DNA of 64,000 nt, from positions 7,378,001-7,442,000 of the forward strand of contig OZ024754.1 in assembly GCA_964016885.1 (NCBI GenBank), in the 5' to 3' direction. The notes beneath the pieces were generated by a model. That model was not told the DNA's origin and searched no databases. It was given only the letters and a program-made list of their open reading frames with translations. The first letter of the stretch is position 1. Each line of letters starts with the position of its first letter. Shown piece after piece: positions 29,590 to 44,690 of this stretch. The DNA is from Eledone cirrhosa. Taxonomy: Eukaryota. The translations under genes and the position numbers were made by a program.

Positions 29590-29701
29590 ATATACATACT
29601 ACTGTACGTCTGTATACATATATGTATGTACGTATACATACTTACATTTAAGTATCAGCCGTACTAAGAGTGAGAAACGAAATTTCGTTTCATTCTTTTC
29701 C

Positions 29702-29707
<6 letters not shown>
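29590..29707 (+). mobile_element. Diverged 3' tail related to family B
   Basis: TTTAAGTATCAGCCGTACTAAGAGTGAGAAACGAAATTTCGTTTCATT resembles TTTAAGCGTCAGTCATACGAAAGTGAG...GAAACGAAATTTAATTTCGTTTCGTT. Confidence 0.5.
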
Positions 29708-29736
<29 letters not shown>

Positions 29737-29742
<6 letters not shown>

Positions 29743-29950
29743 GAGAAGAACGAATACTGCGTGGTTGCACATGGGTTACACATGATAAAAATAGTCCTTC
29801 ATCAGTGATTTTCCAACCTTCATTGGTATTTCATCGCTTTAAAAATCATATACCTCCAGTTGGTGCGAGCAATAGCAAAATAAAGCTATTGGGACAAGTA
29901 AACAAACAGAGCAGGATAGCAACGCAAAGATAGGAAAAAACAAGCACATG
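29737..29950 (-). mobile_element. Family F repeat abutting (TA)n
   Basis: Homologous to 30790-31022 (+) and 44298-44480 (-). Confidence 0.65.
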
Positions 29951-30789
29951 GGAGTCCGATCAGTTTTAGCCGTGTGGATTTCATGGGCGAGAGACTACAG
30001 ACCGTCCGACGCGAGTGAGGTGTGAGCAGGAAAAGACCCCACTACAAGATAAACGGGAGTTAGTGAGAAGGGGAGAGTGAGTGAGTGGAAGTGCGAGGAA
30101 GAGGCCAGTAGATAGAAAGTATAACTGACAGAGGGGGCGAAAGAAGGTGAGAGAAACAGAGAGAGCGGGGAAGCAGTAAGAGAGAAACAGACAAACTCAG
30201 CTGGGGAAAATATATATAAAAAACATGAGAAGAAAGAATCCACAGCTCTTTCTCTATACACAAACATATATTTACAAATTCTCTCATCTCTCTCTCTCTC
30301 TCTCTTTGTATGTGCGAGTATGATGACTGTAACGTTTAACAAAGAATTACTTGCCTCAACCTACTACAGCTATTGAACTAAAAACGTGTATTAATCCGTC
30401 TCATTTTCTAGAGAGCTACTTGGAACATATATCTGGTATTGTAATTACTTTATATATCTCAACTGTCAAGATATCAGCCACACTATCCTGCAAAAAGACC
30501 AATTTATATCTAAATTACACCACCAATATTATTAACTTAATAGAAAAAATCATGACTTTAGAAATACTAACTTCACAGAAAATATCAAATGTGGAATTGA
30601 ATAAAGAAAATTCTATAATATATATATTTATGGTTTCTTTTGTGATCTTTTATGATTCTCTTTAAGCTGATCAAATTGCACACACATTAATTTTTCTTGA
30701 AAAATTTACTACCTCCTTAAATACACATGATTCAGTCAAATTTAACGTTCGCAGACAAACACGTATACAGCCATATATATATGTTTATT

Positions 30790-31018
30790 TTCCTATCTTC
30801 GGTTTGCTTTTATCCTTCTATGTTGTTCACTTGTCCCCCTCGCTTTACGCGAATTACTGGTCCCAATAACTTTTTTTAGTTATTGCTCGCACCAACCTGA
30901 GGTATCTGATTTTTAATGCGATGAAATACCAATGATGGTTGGAAAATCACTGACGAAGGACTATTTTTATCATATGTAACCCAGGTGCAACCACGCAGTA
31001 TTCTTCTTTCTTCTCATG

Positions 31019-31022
<4 letters not shown>
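30790..31022 (+). mobile_element. Family F repeat abutting (TA)n
   Basis: Reverse complement of the 29737 copy, ending at the same base. Confidence 0.65.
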
Positions 31023-31057
<35 letters not shown>

Positions 31058-31061
<4 letters not shown>

Positions 31062-31263
31062 AAGGAAATGTGGTAAGGAACCAGGTGGACCATAACGCAC
31101 CAAAGTACTCAATACTTGAGGTAGTAGAGTGGGTAATAGGAACCAGCAAGACCCCGATAGCTGAGCTCAAGCCGTTTCGACGGCTAATTCTGGACTCAGA
31201 ATTAGTCCATAATTAGCCGTCGAAACGGCTTGAGCTCAGCTGTCGGGGTCTTACTGGTTCCTA
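31058..31263 (-). mobile_element. Asymmetric foldback insert (family G)
   Basis: ~60-bp inverted arms plus ~80-nt unpaired tail; near-identical to 41160-41363 in the opposite orientation. Confidence 0.8.
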
Positions 31264-31309
31264 TATATATATAAATATATATGAGATAGAGAGAGAGAGA
31301 GGAAAGAGT

Positions 31310-31470
31310 CATGACCTCGACGGCTGAGCTCCGGCCGTTTCGACAGCTGGATCCGAACTAACCCACCAGTATATGCTGTTGGCGTCCTAACTCTTTACCT
31401 ATTACCCTAAGTATTGAGTACTCTGGTGCGTTATGGGCCACCTGGTATCTTACCACACCCTCTCTGTTTA
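31310..31470 (+). mobile_element. Family G-related insert
   Basis: Inverted CGGCTGAGCTCCGGCCGTTTCG piece joined to tail AAGTATTGAGTACTCTGGTGCGTTATGG; relatives at 32860-32915 and 33465-33617. Confidence 0.6.
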
Positions 31471-31543
31471 TATATATGTATATATATATATATATATATG
31501 CATTCGTGAGGTATGTTAGTACGAAAAACCAAATTCCAATTTT

Positions 31544-31597
<54 letters not shown>

Positions 31598-32939
31598 ACA
31601 GGTAGAAAAAGACGATTATTAGGAAGAAAAATATATATGGGTAGATAGTTGGATATAAATATGTGTATGTATGGAATTGTACTTACAACCTATAAATTAT
31701 TCATACATTTATACATGGAAGAAACGGTGTCAATGTAATCGAACCCACGAGAATACGATTTTAAATATAAACACTCTAACTATTAAACCATCTTAACTGA
31801 TATTTTTATTTACAGATATGATTATGGTGGTATAGTAAATTAATAGAGAATATGTGATGCATCTCTTTGTAGTTTAATATAGAATAATATGAATATTCAT
31901 CTTTTATATAACGTAACATGTTGACTATATTCCAAATCTTGCTTTCAGAAAGAAAATCAATCATTTCTCTCTATTTTGTTGCTGAGGCACAATATTTATC
32001 ATATATTTCTTTACAAATGAAATCTACTTTAAAAAAAAAAGAGAAATATAGAATTTCTTAAACAATAACATACATTGTTTGATTGTCAATCAAAATACTT
32101 CAGGAGGTATGCATATTTTTTGGAGTGATTTTAATTTGAAACATTACCAAGAAAGTTTATCGAAAGTTACTGTAAAGTTTTTCTTTGATTTTATTGAAGC
32201 TTATGTTAATGAAACTAAAGAAGAAGAGAGGCAATCAATGTAAGAGACCGACAGATTGCTAGAAAATACATGAAAAGAGTTTAGTGTTTTGCTGTAGGAC
32301 TTATTTCATATTGTAAGCAGCAAATTGGCAGAGTCATAAGTATGGTCGATTAAAATGCTTTGCGGTATTTTTTCTGTTACCCAGCGCTCTTAACCATCAA
32401 ATCCCACTAAGGTCAACGTTGCTTTCCAACATTTCACCTTTAAACAATTAAATAACAGTTCACATTGGTGATGGATTACGGTATTTCTTTCGGTCATTTG
32501 CCTTTGAATTCACCTTCGACGTAACTAGAGGTAAGCTGCATCGGCATTTACCTTTCCCTTCGACAAAACATAACATAACATATTTATTATGTTTCTCCTC
32601 CATATCATCTTTTATTAAATGCGATAAGTCATTGAGGGCTACCCACAATTTATAAAAGAAGAAACAATGTTCATAAGGCCTTTCAACCCTATAGTAATAA
32701 CACATAAAGGTCCCTGAAATCACAGTTTACTACATCAGAACTTATAATCTAAATATTAGTGGTAACCAGTTTAATTGACTACGTTGTGTTCAACCAAACC
32801 GTTAAGTTGCCAAATGTGTTTCTAAATGCACTGATTATATATATATATATATATATATGACAAGATTCAGGACACCGACGGCTGAGCTCCGGCCGTTTCG
32901 CCAGCTAGATCCAAAGCTTATATATATATATTTATTTAT

Positions 32940-32972
<33 letters not shown>

Positions 32973-32975
<3 letters not shown>

Positions 32976-33114
32976 GATATTAATAAATGGAAGCTATATT
33001 TATAAAATATTTATTAATATCGTATATCTACTCCAAATACTTGTCGAGTGCTTTATATCAGTTATAAAAATATTTACTTGTTGTATCCCAACAATTTTAA
33101 ATAGAACTTTTGCA
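32973..33114 (+). mobile_element. Minimal family A foldback (no HHR retained)
   Basis: TATACGATATTAATAAAT...ATTTATTAATATCGTATA hairpin followed by the family A tail. Confidence 0.7.
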
Positions 33115-33682
33115 TATATATATATTTATTTATCTATATATATATATATATTTATTTATCCATATATTTATATATATATATATATATTTATTTATCCATA
33201 TATTTATATATTTATATATTTTATAATAAATATATATCATCATATATATATATATGTATATATGTGTGGGGTGAAAATCAGGATAAGACCACTTTAAAAC
33301 TAGTTAGATTATTACTCAACAGAGTACTCGATACTTAAGTTAGTAGAGTATATCTATATTATAAAGAGGCGACTCAGATGTTGTATATATATATATGCAT
33401 ATTTGTCTGTGTATTTGTATAAAACACACACACACACACACACACACAAACAGATATATATAGGAAAAGAGTCGGGACGTCGACGGCTGTGATTCGGATC
33501 TCGCTGTCGAAACGGCCGGAGTCCTGACTAGTTTCCTATTACCCACTCTACCACCCTAAGAATTGAGTACTCTGGTGCGTTAAGTCCATCTGGTATCTTA
33601 CCACACCCTCTTTGTTATATATATATGTATGTATATATTACAATTTGATCTATCTATCCATATATCTATATAGCCATATATT

Positions 33683-34000
33683 TAATATCAATACTATTAA
33701 TAAATGTGAAAGATAGTAACACATCTTCATGTGAACTTTGTGTCATCTGAACTTATAACATGAAGTTCCCACGAAGATGTCACTATCTTTACACCAATTA
33801 TTATATTTTATCTGACGAAAGCGTACTAAAATATTAGTACCCTTGAAATATGTATAATAAAATAAACATAGTTTTATAAAGATATTTTCCATTTATTAAT
33901 ATTATTGATATTAATGATACTCCGGATAAAATACCGTTGAGTGCTTCTAATCTGTTGTAAATTAACTTTGATGAATAATCAACAAACCAAATAACTCATT
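33683..34000 (+). mobile_element. Family A insert with short inverted 5' piece
   Basis: TTAATATCAATACTATTAATAAATG inverts 33890-33914; HHR and family tail present. Confidence 0.7.
33804..33864 (+). ncRNA. Type-I hammerhead ribozyme (family A)
   Basis: TATTTTAT CTGACGA AAG C GTACTAA-aata-TTAGTAC C CTT GAAA TATGTA TA / ATAAAATA; perfect 8-bp stem I. Confidence 0.8.
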
Positions 34001-34651
34001 ATTTATCCATATATTTATATATTTTATAATAATTATATATCATCATACGCAACACTCAGAAATATTTCGCTACTTCAGCGACATATAATGCTGACGTAAA
34101 TTATGTCTACCAGTAAAGTATCCAACGAAATATCTTATACAGTAATTCATAAAATACGTTGTCTTACTAAAGAGATACCTGTTAGTTGAAACCAAACCTT
34201 ATCCTAGTATATCTCCGACGTGAGAAATGTTTTCTATTTTCTAATATTAATCTAAAATATGTCACAAGATGGATGATCTAATTAACTGAAATCAAATTAA
34301 AATTTAATTAGTCTTGACAGACAGCTAAATGACTATTAAGATTAATTAGGTGCAATTACTAGTCCGGCTAAGGCAATTAAATATCACTTTTCTCTCTGAT
34401 ATTATTATCATTAAAATATCATTATTAACGTCGTGGATTGGTAGTATCGGTAGAGCGTCGATAAATTAAAGTACCAGTAATGCACTGGGTATTTGCATTG
34501 TTGAATTAGCAACAAATTAAATATCCCTTTTGCTTATATATATATATATATATATAGGACGGTCTCTTATATATTTGCTCTACGGTTCTTATATATTTGA
34601 TATATATTTATCCTTATCGAGCCCTCTTTGCATTTTAGTCTTCAAATTTAT

Positions 34652-34812
34652 GCAGTATCGGTAGAGGGTCGGACGCCATGCTTTGACGCGTAGAATTACG
34701 GCCCTTGCCATCCTGAGTTCATATCCCGCCGAGGTTAACTTTGCCTTTCATCCTTACGAGGTCGATAAAATAAAGTAATTGCTGGCCTTGTGCCAAAAGT
34801 AGAAACAATTAT
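34652..34812 (+). mobile_element. SINE (Meta-like family)
   Basis: Family consensus with small internal deletion. Confidence 0.8.
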
Positions 34813-34832
34813 TACTATATATATATATATAG

Positions 34833-35047
34833 TGAAGGCGTGTGGCTGAGTGGTTAGAGAATTGGATTCACAATCGTAAGGTTATGAGTTCGATTCCTGG
34901 ACCAGGCGATGCGTTATGTCCTTGAGCAAGACACTTTATTTCACGTTGCTCCTTCTACCTGGAGTTGCGACCGATAGATAGTATTAGCAATTGGAAAGAC
35001 CAACGGAAACATTGTTCCCACGGTCCGATTTGACGAAAGTCGATCGT
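34833..35047 (+). mobile_element. Full-length tRNA-derived SINE, V-like domain
   Basis: TGGCTGAGTGG A box, GTTCGATTC B box, central domain and tail. Confidence 0.85.
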
Positions 35048-35050
35048 TCC

Positions 35051-35081
<31 letters not shown>

Positions 35082-35153
35082 GAAAATAGATTAATGAATG
35101 AAAAAAAGCTCGTTGGCTACCAGCATGTCATGAAAAGTCCTACATCGACCATA

Positions 35154-35230
35154 TATTTTGTCTGAGGACGATATGTTCTGTTTTATGTTATACATAAACC
35201 TTGCATCTTCGAAATATGTATAATAAAATA
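35154..35230 (+). ncRNA. Decayed type-I hammerhead (family A-like)
   Basis: TATTTTGT CTGAGGA CGATATG...CATCTTC GAAA TATGTA TA / ATAAAATA; base of stem II mispaired. Confidence 0.55.
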
Positions 35231-35732
35231 AATAGAGACGATATAAAGTATATATCTTTCGTTTATTGCTATATATATATATAATATGGCTCTCTCTGCC
35301 CCGTCTCTCTCTCTCTCTCTCTGTGTGTGTGTGGACACTTCTCAGGGGTGCTGAGAAAAAAAAAACTTCTCAACGTAGCCGTAGATACTTATATAAGATA
35401 CATACACACATATGTTTGCATATGTGTGAGTGTTTGTATTGTGGGAATACTGCTAATGCCATGCTCTGCATAGCAGCACTCTTTCTGCTCTGCAGATTTA
35501 CTTACAAGGTTCATTGCCAACTATGTTTACGAACTATAGCAGTGGTGAAAAGATTCATTTTATCTTCCCGATTGTGGAAAGCACTGAGCTCGATATTTTA
35601 TCTTTATTACCTGAATGTTCAACTTTCCATTATAACTACCTATCTAACTCTTTCTCTCACTCTCTTTCATCTCTGCATATATATATATGACCCGTTGCAA
35701 AACACGTATATGTATATATATATGTAAACTTT

Positions 35733-35763
<31 letters not shown>

Positions 35764-35838
35764 GTACGTATAGAAATTTTGTATTTCTAAAGAAATACGG
35801 TTTTAGGAAGCCGTAGTTATGCAAACACCGGGGCTAAC

Positions 35839-35929
35839 GTCCAGCAGAAGCAAGGGCGACAACCGTCTGTGCATTTCAGGCTTCACTGGCCTTCGTCAGG
35901 ACGGTCTCTCCCACCGCTTGCTACTGCTG

Positions 35930-35932
<3 letters not shown>
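35839..35932 (-). ncRNA. Type-I hammerhead with extended stem I; U16.1 changed to C
   Basis: Reverse complement: GTCCAGCAGTAGCAAG...ACCGTC CTGACGA AGGC-cagtgaa-GCCT GAAA TGCA CA / GACGGT...CTTGCTTCTGCTGGAC. Confidence 0.7.
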
Positions 35933-35963
<31 letters not shown>

Positions 35964-36443
35964 GTGGGTATGAATAGACGTTGTATCTGCCTTATAGCAG
36001 GTGCTAATTCAGTTGTTTGAGGCAATCATTAAGCACTCAAAAGATCAATAAGCGAAACATTATCGTCCAGAGTAAAACAAAAGTTAAAAGATGTGATACT
36101 AAGAAAAACGACCGAATGCTGTGGCTATGCTTATACCACAACAACGATAAATACAAAATGTTGAAGACTATATATATATATATATTTATATATATTTATA
36201 CATATATATATAAAATGCATATATATATAAAATGTATAGAAATAACTTTTACAGGGGTAAAACTGGTTCATTCATATGAAATAATCTGGAGTATATATAC
36301 ACACATATATATATATAACTAAAATTAAATTAAGGGTGTCATGTCTGAGAGGCACGCGCCATACCTCTGTAGAATATGCTCAAAGATTCCAATAAATAGA
36401 TCCGAGCATTTACAAATTATCCCCTGTGATTGTTTCATATGAT

Positions 36444-36482
<39 letters not shown>

Positions 36483-36500
36483 AATCGATTTCTTTCTAGT

Positions 36501-36533
<33 letters not shown>

Positions 36534-36655
36534 AAAATGATTTATTCTTTATTTAAAAAATCCAGATGCCCTACATGGGTGAAAGTATAATGAAAACAAA
36601 TCGAATATCCAACTGGAGTCTTAAATATATATATATATATATATCTATATATATA

Positions 36656-36828
36656 TACCGTATTTCCCGGAGCCGAAGACGCTTCGTCTTCGGGGACGCA
36701 CCCTAATTTTGACAACCAAAAATTTGAAAAAAAAGTAATAAACAACCTTCGACATCCAGGACGCATGGTAGAATTCTTAGACTTATTTCAGGAAAAAAGT
36801 AGCGTCTTCGACGCCGGGAAATATGGTA
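36656..36828. mobile_element. Tc1/pogo-type MITE
   Basis: TIRs TA-CCGTATTTCCCGGAGCCGAAGACGC / GCGTCTTCGACGCCGGGAAATATGG-TA. Confidence 0.7.
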
Positions 36829-37231
36829 TATAAATAAATAAGTAAATAAATATATATATATGTATATTTATTTATCTATATACTCTATTTACCGAAGACG
36901 CATATTCATATATATATACATATATATACAGATTCATATATATATATTGTTATACTTGGGGAGGGTCAGATTGTTGTAATAATATTGCCAGAATTAATAA
37001 CAGAACACACTCACTGTTTGGTTGATTTTCGCTTCGGTATCTCTTATATTTTTATATCAGTTAATTCATTCGGTCCTCAATGTTTACCATTGACTGACGA
37101 ACTGTCAAAAATACAGATATAATATAGATATAAAGACATATATATAGTCTAACAAAGTTCTTTCGTTGCACATCTGCAACATCGTGAGTGGTGCTATTAT
37201 GTTACCCCTGTTGTATTGTATATATATATAT

Positions 37232-37297
<66 letters not shown>

Positions 37298-37335
37298 ATA
37301 TTAATAAATGGAAACTATATTTATAAAACCATATT

Positions 37336-37401
37336 TATTTTATTATATATATTTCAAAGGCAACCAAGGCAAATTATGGTGCGCTTTCATCAGATGAAAT
37401 A
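37336..37401 (-). ncRNA. Type-I hammerhead ribozyme (family A)
   Basis: Inverted copy of 37483-37548 with a few substitutions. Confidence 0.7.
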
Positions 37402-37482
37402 CAGATTTGTTTTATGAATAAATATTGACATACCCGGAAAAAAAGACAACCTTTGTAAATATTTATTCATAAAACAAATCTG

Positions 37483-37548
37483 TATTTTATCTGATGAAAG
37501 CGCACCATAATTTGCCTTGGTTGCCCTTGAAATATATATAATATAATA
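37483..37548 (+). ncRNA. Type-I hammerhead ribozyme (family A)
   Basis: TATTTTAT CTGATGA AAG C GCA CCA...TGG T TGC C CTT GAAA TATATA TA / ATATAATA. Confidence 0.75.
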
Positions 37549-38606
37549 AATATGGTTTTATAAATATAGTTTCCATTTATTAATATATTGTGTATTTACT
37601 CCATTAGCTTGTTGAGTGCTTTATATCAGTTATAAACATTTTTAAGCTTGTTGAATCCCAACAAATTAAATATAACCTTTGCATATATATATATATATAT
37701 ATATATATGTAGATACATCTACCAAAATATACGGTAGTGTATATACCGTATGAAAAACTTGTTCTTTGTTTTTATTTCATTGTTTTTATTAATTTATATA
37801 TATATATATATATATATATAACTTAAAATGCAGTGGGAATAAGAAGAAAGCAAGAACGGGGGCCGCGGGGGGGGGGGGGCAGATTATCCTCATCAGTTGT
37901 CTACTGGGGTCTCGGATATTTCTACCCTTGCTTTAAAGACAAGATATCTTACCCCAGGGCGTCAATAACTGGATAAGTTATTAGGAAAACGGAGGAAGGA
38001 GGGAAGGAAAGCAAAAGGGAAGAAAAGAGAAATCAGTGAAAAACCAGCGAAAAAAACAACAAACCGAGCAATGTGCGAGCAACTTAAGGTAAGGAAATCG
38101 AAGACCACTCGAAATGAGGACTTAAGTTCAAGACTGAGTGGTCGAGAGAAAAAAGACACATGTCTGATTGAGTCACAGAGAGAGAGAGAGAGAGACCACC
38201 TGCATTTATGTAAGTTCAGTATTATGGGAAACATTCCTGATGTTCTTATTGTATAACTGCAACAATTTAACATTTTAGAGGCTGTAGAAATATAGCTACA
38301 TCGATAATCATTCATATCAATCATATACCTAATATATTTCTACTAGAATATTATTGACATTTTATTGATCATATAAGATTCGTAGATGTATTTTAAATAA
38401 ATACATCTTTACAATTTCGTTTTGTCATTATAAATAATCATGCTTCGGATAATTGATCATATTTGATTTTCTGGAAATATGCTATAATATTGAACATATT
38501 GATACATTCATGTATACGAACGTAATACTTATAGGTTTTGTAAAAGCAGACAACTAGCAGATATGTAATATTGGATGAATTGATTATTTGCAGCCCAGTA
38601 ATATAT

Positions 38607-40574
<1,968 letters not shown>

Positions 40575-40575
<1 letters not shown>

Positions 40576-40712
40576 AATTGTTTCTACTTTTGGCTCAAGG
40601 CCCTCAATTAACCAGTGTATTACTGGTACTTCATTTTATGGACTTAGTAAGGATGAAAGGCAAAGTTAACCTTGACGGGATTTGAACTCAGAATGGCAAG
40701 GGCCGTAACTCT
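40575..40712 (-). mobile_element. 5' truncated SINE (Meta-like family)
   Basis: Family consensus. Confidence 0.8.
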
Positions 40713-41094
40713 CTATATATATAATGTAAATATATATGTAATATATATATACATATATATTGTACATATATATATATGTAATATATATATGTATATATAT
40801 ATATAATGTAAATATATATGTAATATATATATATAATATATATATACATACATATATGTGTATACATATATAATGTAAACATATATATATATGTAATATA
40901 TATATATATATATATACACATATATAATGTAATATATATGTAATATATATATATATATGTGTGTAATATATATATATATACATATGTATATATATATATA
41001 TACATATATATGTGTAATATATATATATACATATATATATGTGTAATATATATATATACATATATATATGTGTAATATATATATATACATATAC

Positions 41095-41133
<39 letters not shown>

Positions 41134-41459
41134 TATGTGTAATATATATATATGTACATATAGGAACCAGTAAGACCCCGACAGCTGAGTTCAAGCCGTT
41201 TCGACGGCTAATTCTGGACTAACATGTCCAGAATTAGCCGTCGAAACGGCTTGAACTCAGCTGTCGGGTTCTTACTGGTTCCTATTACCCACTCTACTAC
41301 CTCAAGTATTGAGTACTTTGGTGCGTTATGGTCCACCTGGTTCCTTACCACATTTCCTTCGTTATATATACATATATATATGTGTAATATATATATATAC
41401 ATATACATATATATGTGTAATATATATATATATATGTGTAATATATATATATACATATA

Positions 41460-41517
<58 letters not shown>

Positions 41518-42218
41518 AATATATGTATATATACATATATACATATGTATATTTGTTATATATATATACATATGTATATTTGTTATATATATATACATAT
41601 GTATATTTGTAATATATATATATACATATATATGTATATTTAAGTAATATATATATATGTATATATATATGTGTATATATATGTATATGTATATATATAT
41701 ATATGTGTATATATATATATGTGTATATATATATATGTGTATATATATATATGTGTATATGTATATATATATGTGTATATGTATATATATATGTGTATAT
41801 ATATGTGTATATGTATATATATGTGTATATATATATGTGTATATGTATATATATATATGTGTATATATATGTGTATATGTATATATATATATGTGTATAT
41901 ATATATGTGTATATGTATATATATATATGTGTATATATATATGTGTATATGTATATATATATATATGTATATATATATGTGTATATGTATATATATATAT
42001 GTATATATATATATGTATATATATATGTGTATATGTATATATATATGTGTATATATATATATATGTGTATATATATATATGTATATATATGTATATATAT
42101 ATACATATGTATATATGTGTATATATATATACATATGTATATATGTGTATATATATATGTGTATATATATGTATATATATATACATATGTATATATGTGT
42201 TTGCATATATATATAAAG

Positions 42219-42311
<93 letters not shown>
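40713..42311. repeat. (TA)n/(TG)n compound microsatellite hosting a family G insert
   Basis: Low-complexity tract on both sides of 41160-41363. Confidence 0.93.
41160..41363 (+). mobile_element. Asymmetric foldback insert (family G)
   Basis: Arms 41160-41219 / 41226-41285 plus ~80-nt tail. Confidence 0.8.
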
Positions 42312-42711
42312 ATACGCGTGTGTGTTTGTGCATCTCTCTCTTTCCCCATTGAATATTTTTTTTTTGCAAAAGGTAATCAATTCTGTCTTTCATGCTACGG
42401 AATATATTAATATGGTGATATCTTGATTTCCTCCGCAAATACTCGATAATTTCGAATATTCAATGATATAACATATTCTTCAAGTCTCACTGACTATATC
42501 AACACATGAATCGTGAAATAAATCAATTGGGAGATATCAGATCATCAGTAATACCTACCTAACTACGGTAACATGGATGTCTTTCTAAATGTATGTGAAG
42601 CTTTCTAATTGAAAGCATTTTGAATGGGGACTTCTGAGATATTTAGGATCTTGAAATAAGTATTATCTATTTATCGATCTATCGATCTATCTATTTATCT
42701 TTTTACACGAC

Positions 42712-42950
42712 TGTATGTAAAATCCCCGGCATGTCTCTTTGTATCGTCCCCTTTTCCTGTGCGCCCTTGTGGCAAATAAAGAAATATATCTATTTATCTA
42801 TCCATCTATTTATCTTAATATCTATTTATATATAGTTTATATATAGTTTATTGTTATTTATCATTGTTAAAGATGTTATGTAAAACCCTCGCCATCACGT
42901 GTTGTAATGTCCCATTTCTGTACGGCCCTGTAGCAAATAAAGAAAGATAT
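42712..42950 (+). mobile_element. Two short 3' ends of Tx1-like elements in (TATC)n
   Basis: TGTAAAA...GTCCC...GCCC(T)TGT(G/A)GCAAATAAAGAAA then TATC repeats; like 2470-2533. Confidence 0.55.
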
Positions 42951-43137
42951 CTATCTATTTATCTATCTATATATATATCTATATATCTATATATATCTAT
43001 ATATATATATCTATATATATATCTATATATCTACCTATATATGTGTTTGTATATACACACACACATATATATATATATTGATAGATAGATATCTGTGTAT
43101 ATATCTATAGATATATGTATATTGATAGATAGATGTG

Positions 43138-43168
<31 letters not shown>

Positions 43169-43549
43169 ATGTGTGTGTGTATATATGTATATATGTATAT
43201 ATGTATATATATATATATTTATATTCGATTTGGGTACTGCCTGTAAAAACTCAGTTGTATTGGCATGAAGCAGACCCCATCCTGGACCTTGTCTTTTCTA
43301 CTATAATCTGAGGTTTACCAATGCTTTCTGAGTGAAACATACTTAAGGAATATGACAACAATGATTTAAATTGCACTAATTCTTTATAGAAACACATGCA
43401 AAATTACAGTACACAATGAAAGGAAATTAGTTTATACAAAATTAAAAAAATATATATTTTATAAAGGCATAGATATGTTTGTAGAAATAGCCAGTGTTAT
43501 CTAATTAGTGTCTTTTACTAACAGGTTTCGCAATGATTAGCATTTCAAA

Positions 43550-43879
43550 GTTTCATTTTATAATGTTTATATTTAAATTAGAAATAGAAGCCTCTGCCGT
43601 ATTTTTTTGAGTAAAGAAATTTTAGCCTGAAAGTGAAGTTTACAACCCTCTAAGTCTAAAATATGGAAAACCATGAATATTGACACTTGTTTATATTTAA
43701 TTTAAAATTCTAAAAGAATGTTAAATAATCACCATATATTAAGTTAGTCTTTGTAATAAAGTAATTAATAATTGTACTAAAGCAGGCAGAACTCTTCGTT
43801 AATTAACTAAAGAATATTGTATTCTGTTTGAAAAAACGTCCAGGAAATAAATGGTTAACGTCCATAAATGTCTGCCGTT
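43550..43879 (+). repeat. Left arm of a ~330-bp diverged inverted repeat
   Basis: Reverse complement aligns to 47416-47749. Confidence 0.8.
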
Positions 43880-44297
43880 ATCCAAAGTTTCACCTCTGAT
43901 GTTGAACATATTTTACTCCTGTTTCTGTGCGTAATTTGCTTACTTTTTAAAACAAGGGATGAAAATACTAACATCCATGTTGTCATGTAAAGGGACGCCA
44001 CTCTGATTCGAATAATACATGTTGTATGTTAGCTCACGTAAAACGGGTTTCAGTTTTAGCATGCATGATATTTACTTATGAAATACATTTCCATGTTAAT
44101 CCTTTTGTGTTCTGTTGTTGAATAGAAGTGTTGGGTATTTTGTGTGAATATTACCTAATCATCATAAATACATATTTCTGTCCATCATTGGATCTCTGTT
44201 GAAACAATAATTCTTGTCAAACATTTTACAAATTTGGTACCCACACTTAAATATGCATACACGCTTATATTTGTCAGTATATATATATATATAGAGA

Positions 44298-44480
44298 GAG
44301 AAAAATACTGCAGGTAGCACATGGTAACATGTAATAAAATAAGTCCCTCATCAGTGATTTGCCGAAGATCATAGATGTTTCATTGCATTAAAAATCATAT
44401 ATCTCACTTCGGTGCAATAATAACCAAAATAAGTTATTAGGACAATTAAAACGCGTAAAGCGAGTGAGACAGGAGAACAA
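44298..44480 (-). mobile_element. Diverged family F repeat
   Basis: AAGTCCCTCATCAGTGATTTGCC...TTTCATTGCATTAAAAATCATAT matches 29790-29850. Confidence 0.6.
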
Positions 44481-44690
44481 CAGAAAATATAGCATACCGT
44501 AGGGGAGAAACAAGCTTCATAAATTATTCTGTTTAGCATAAGCTAGGTGAATATATGAGCGCTTAGAGAATAGAACCTACACGAACGAGGGCTATGAGCA
44601 GAGAGAGAAAAAATAGCGTTCGTGAGTGCAGTATATATATATATATATATATGTGACTTCACGTATATATATATATATATATATATATAT

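Larger units (their letters stand above)
37291..37684 (+). mobile_element. Family A foldback with two outward-facing HHRs
   Basis: Arms 37291-37426 / 37457-37593 are reverse complements; ~90-nt unpaired tail. Confidence 0.8.

Noticed and set aside
34833-34905. tRNA-like A and B boxes
   Set aside because: SINE head continuing into the SINE body; not a tRNA gene
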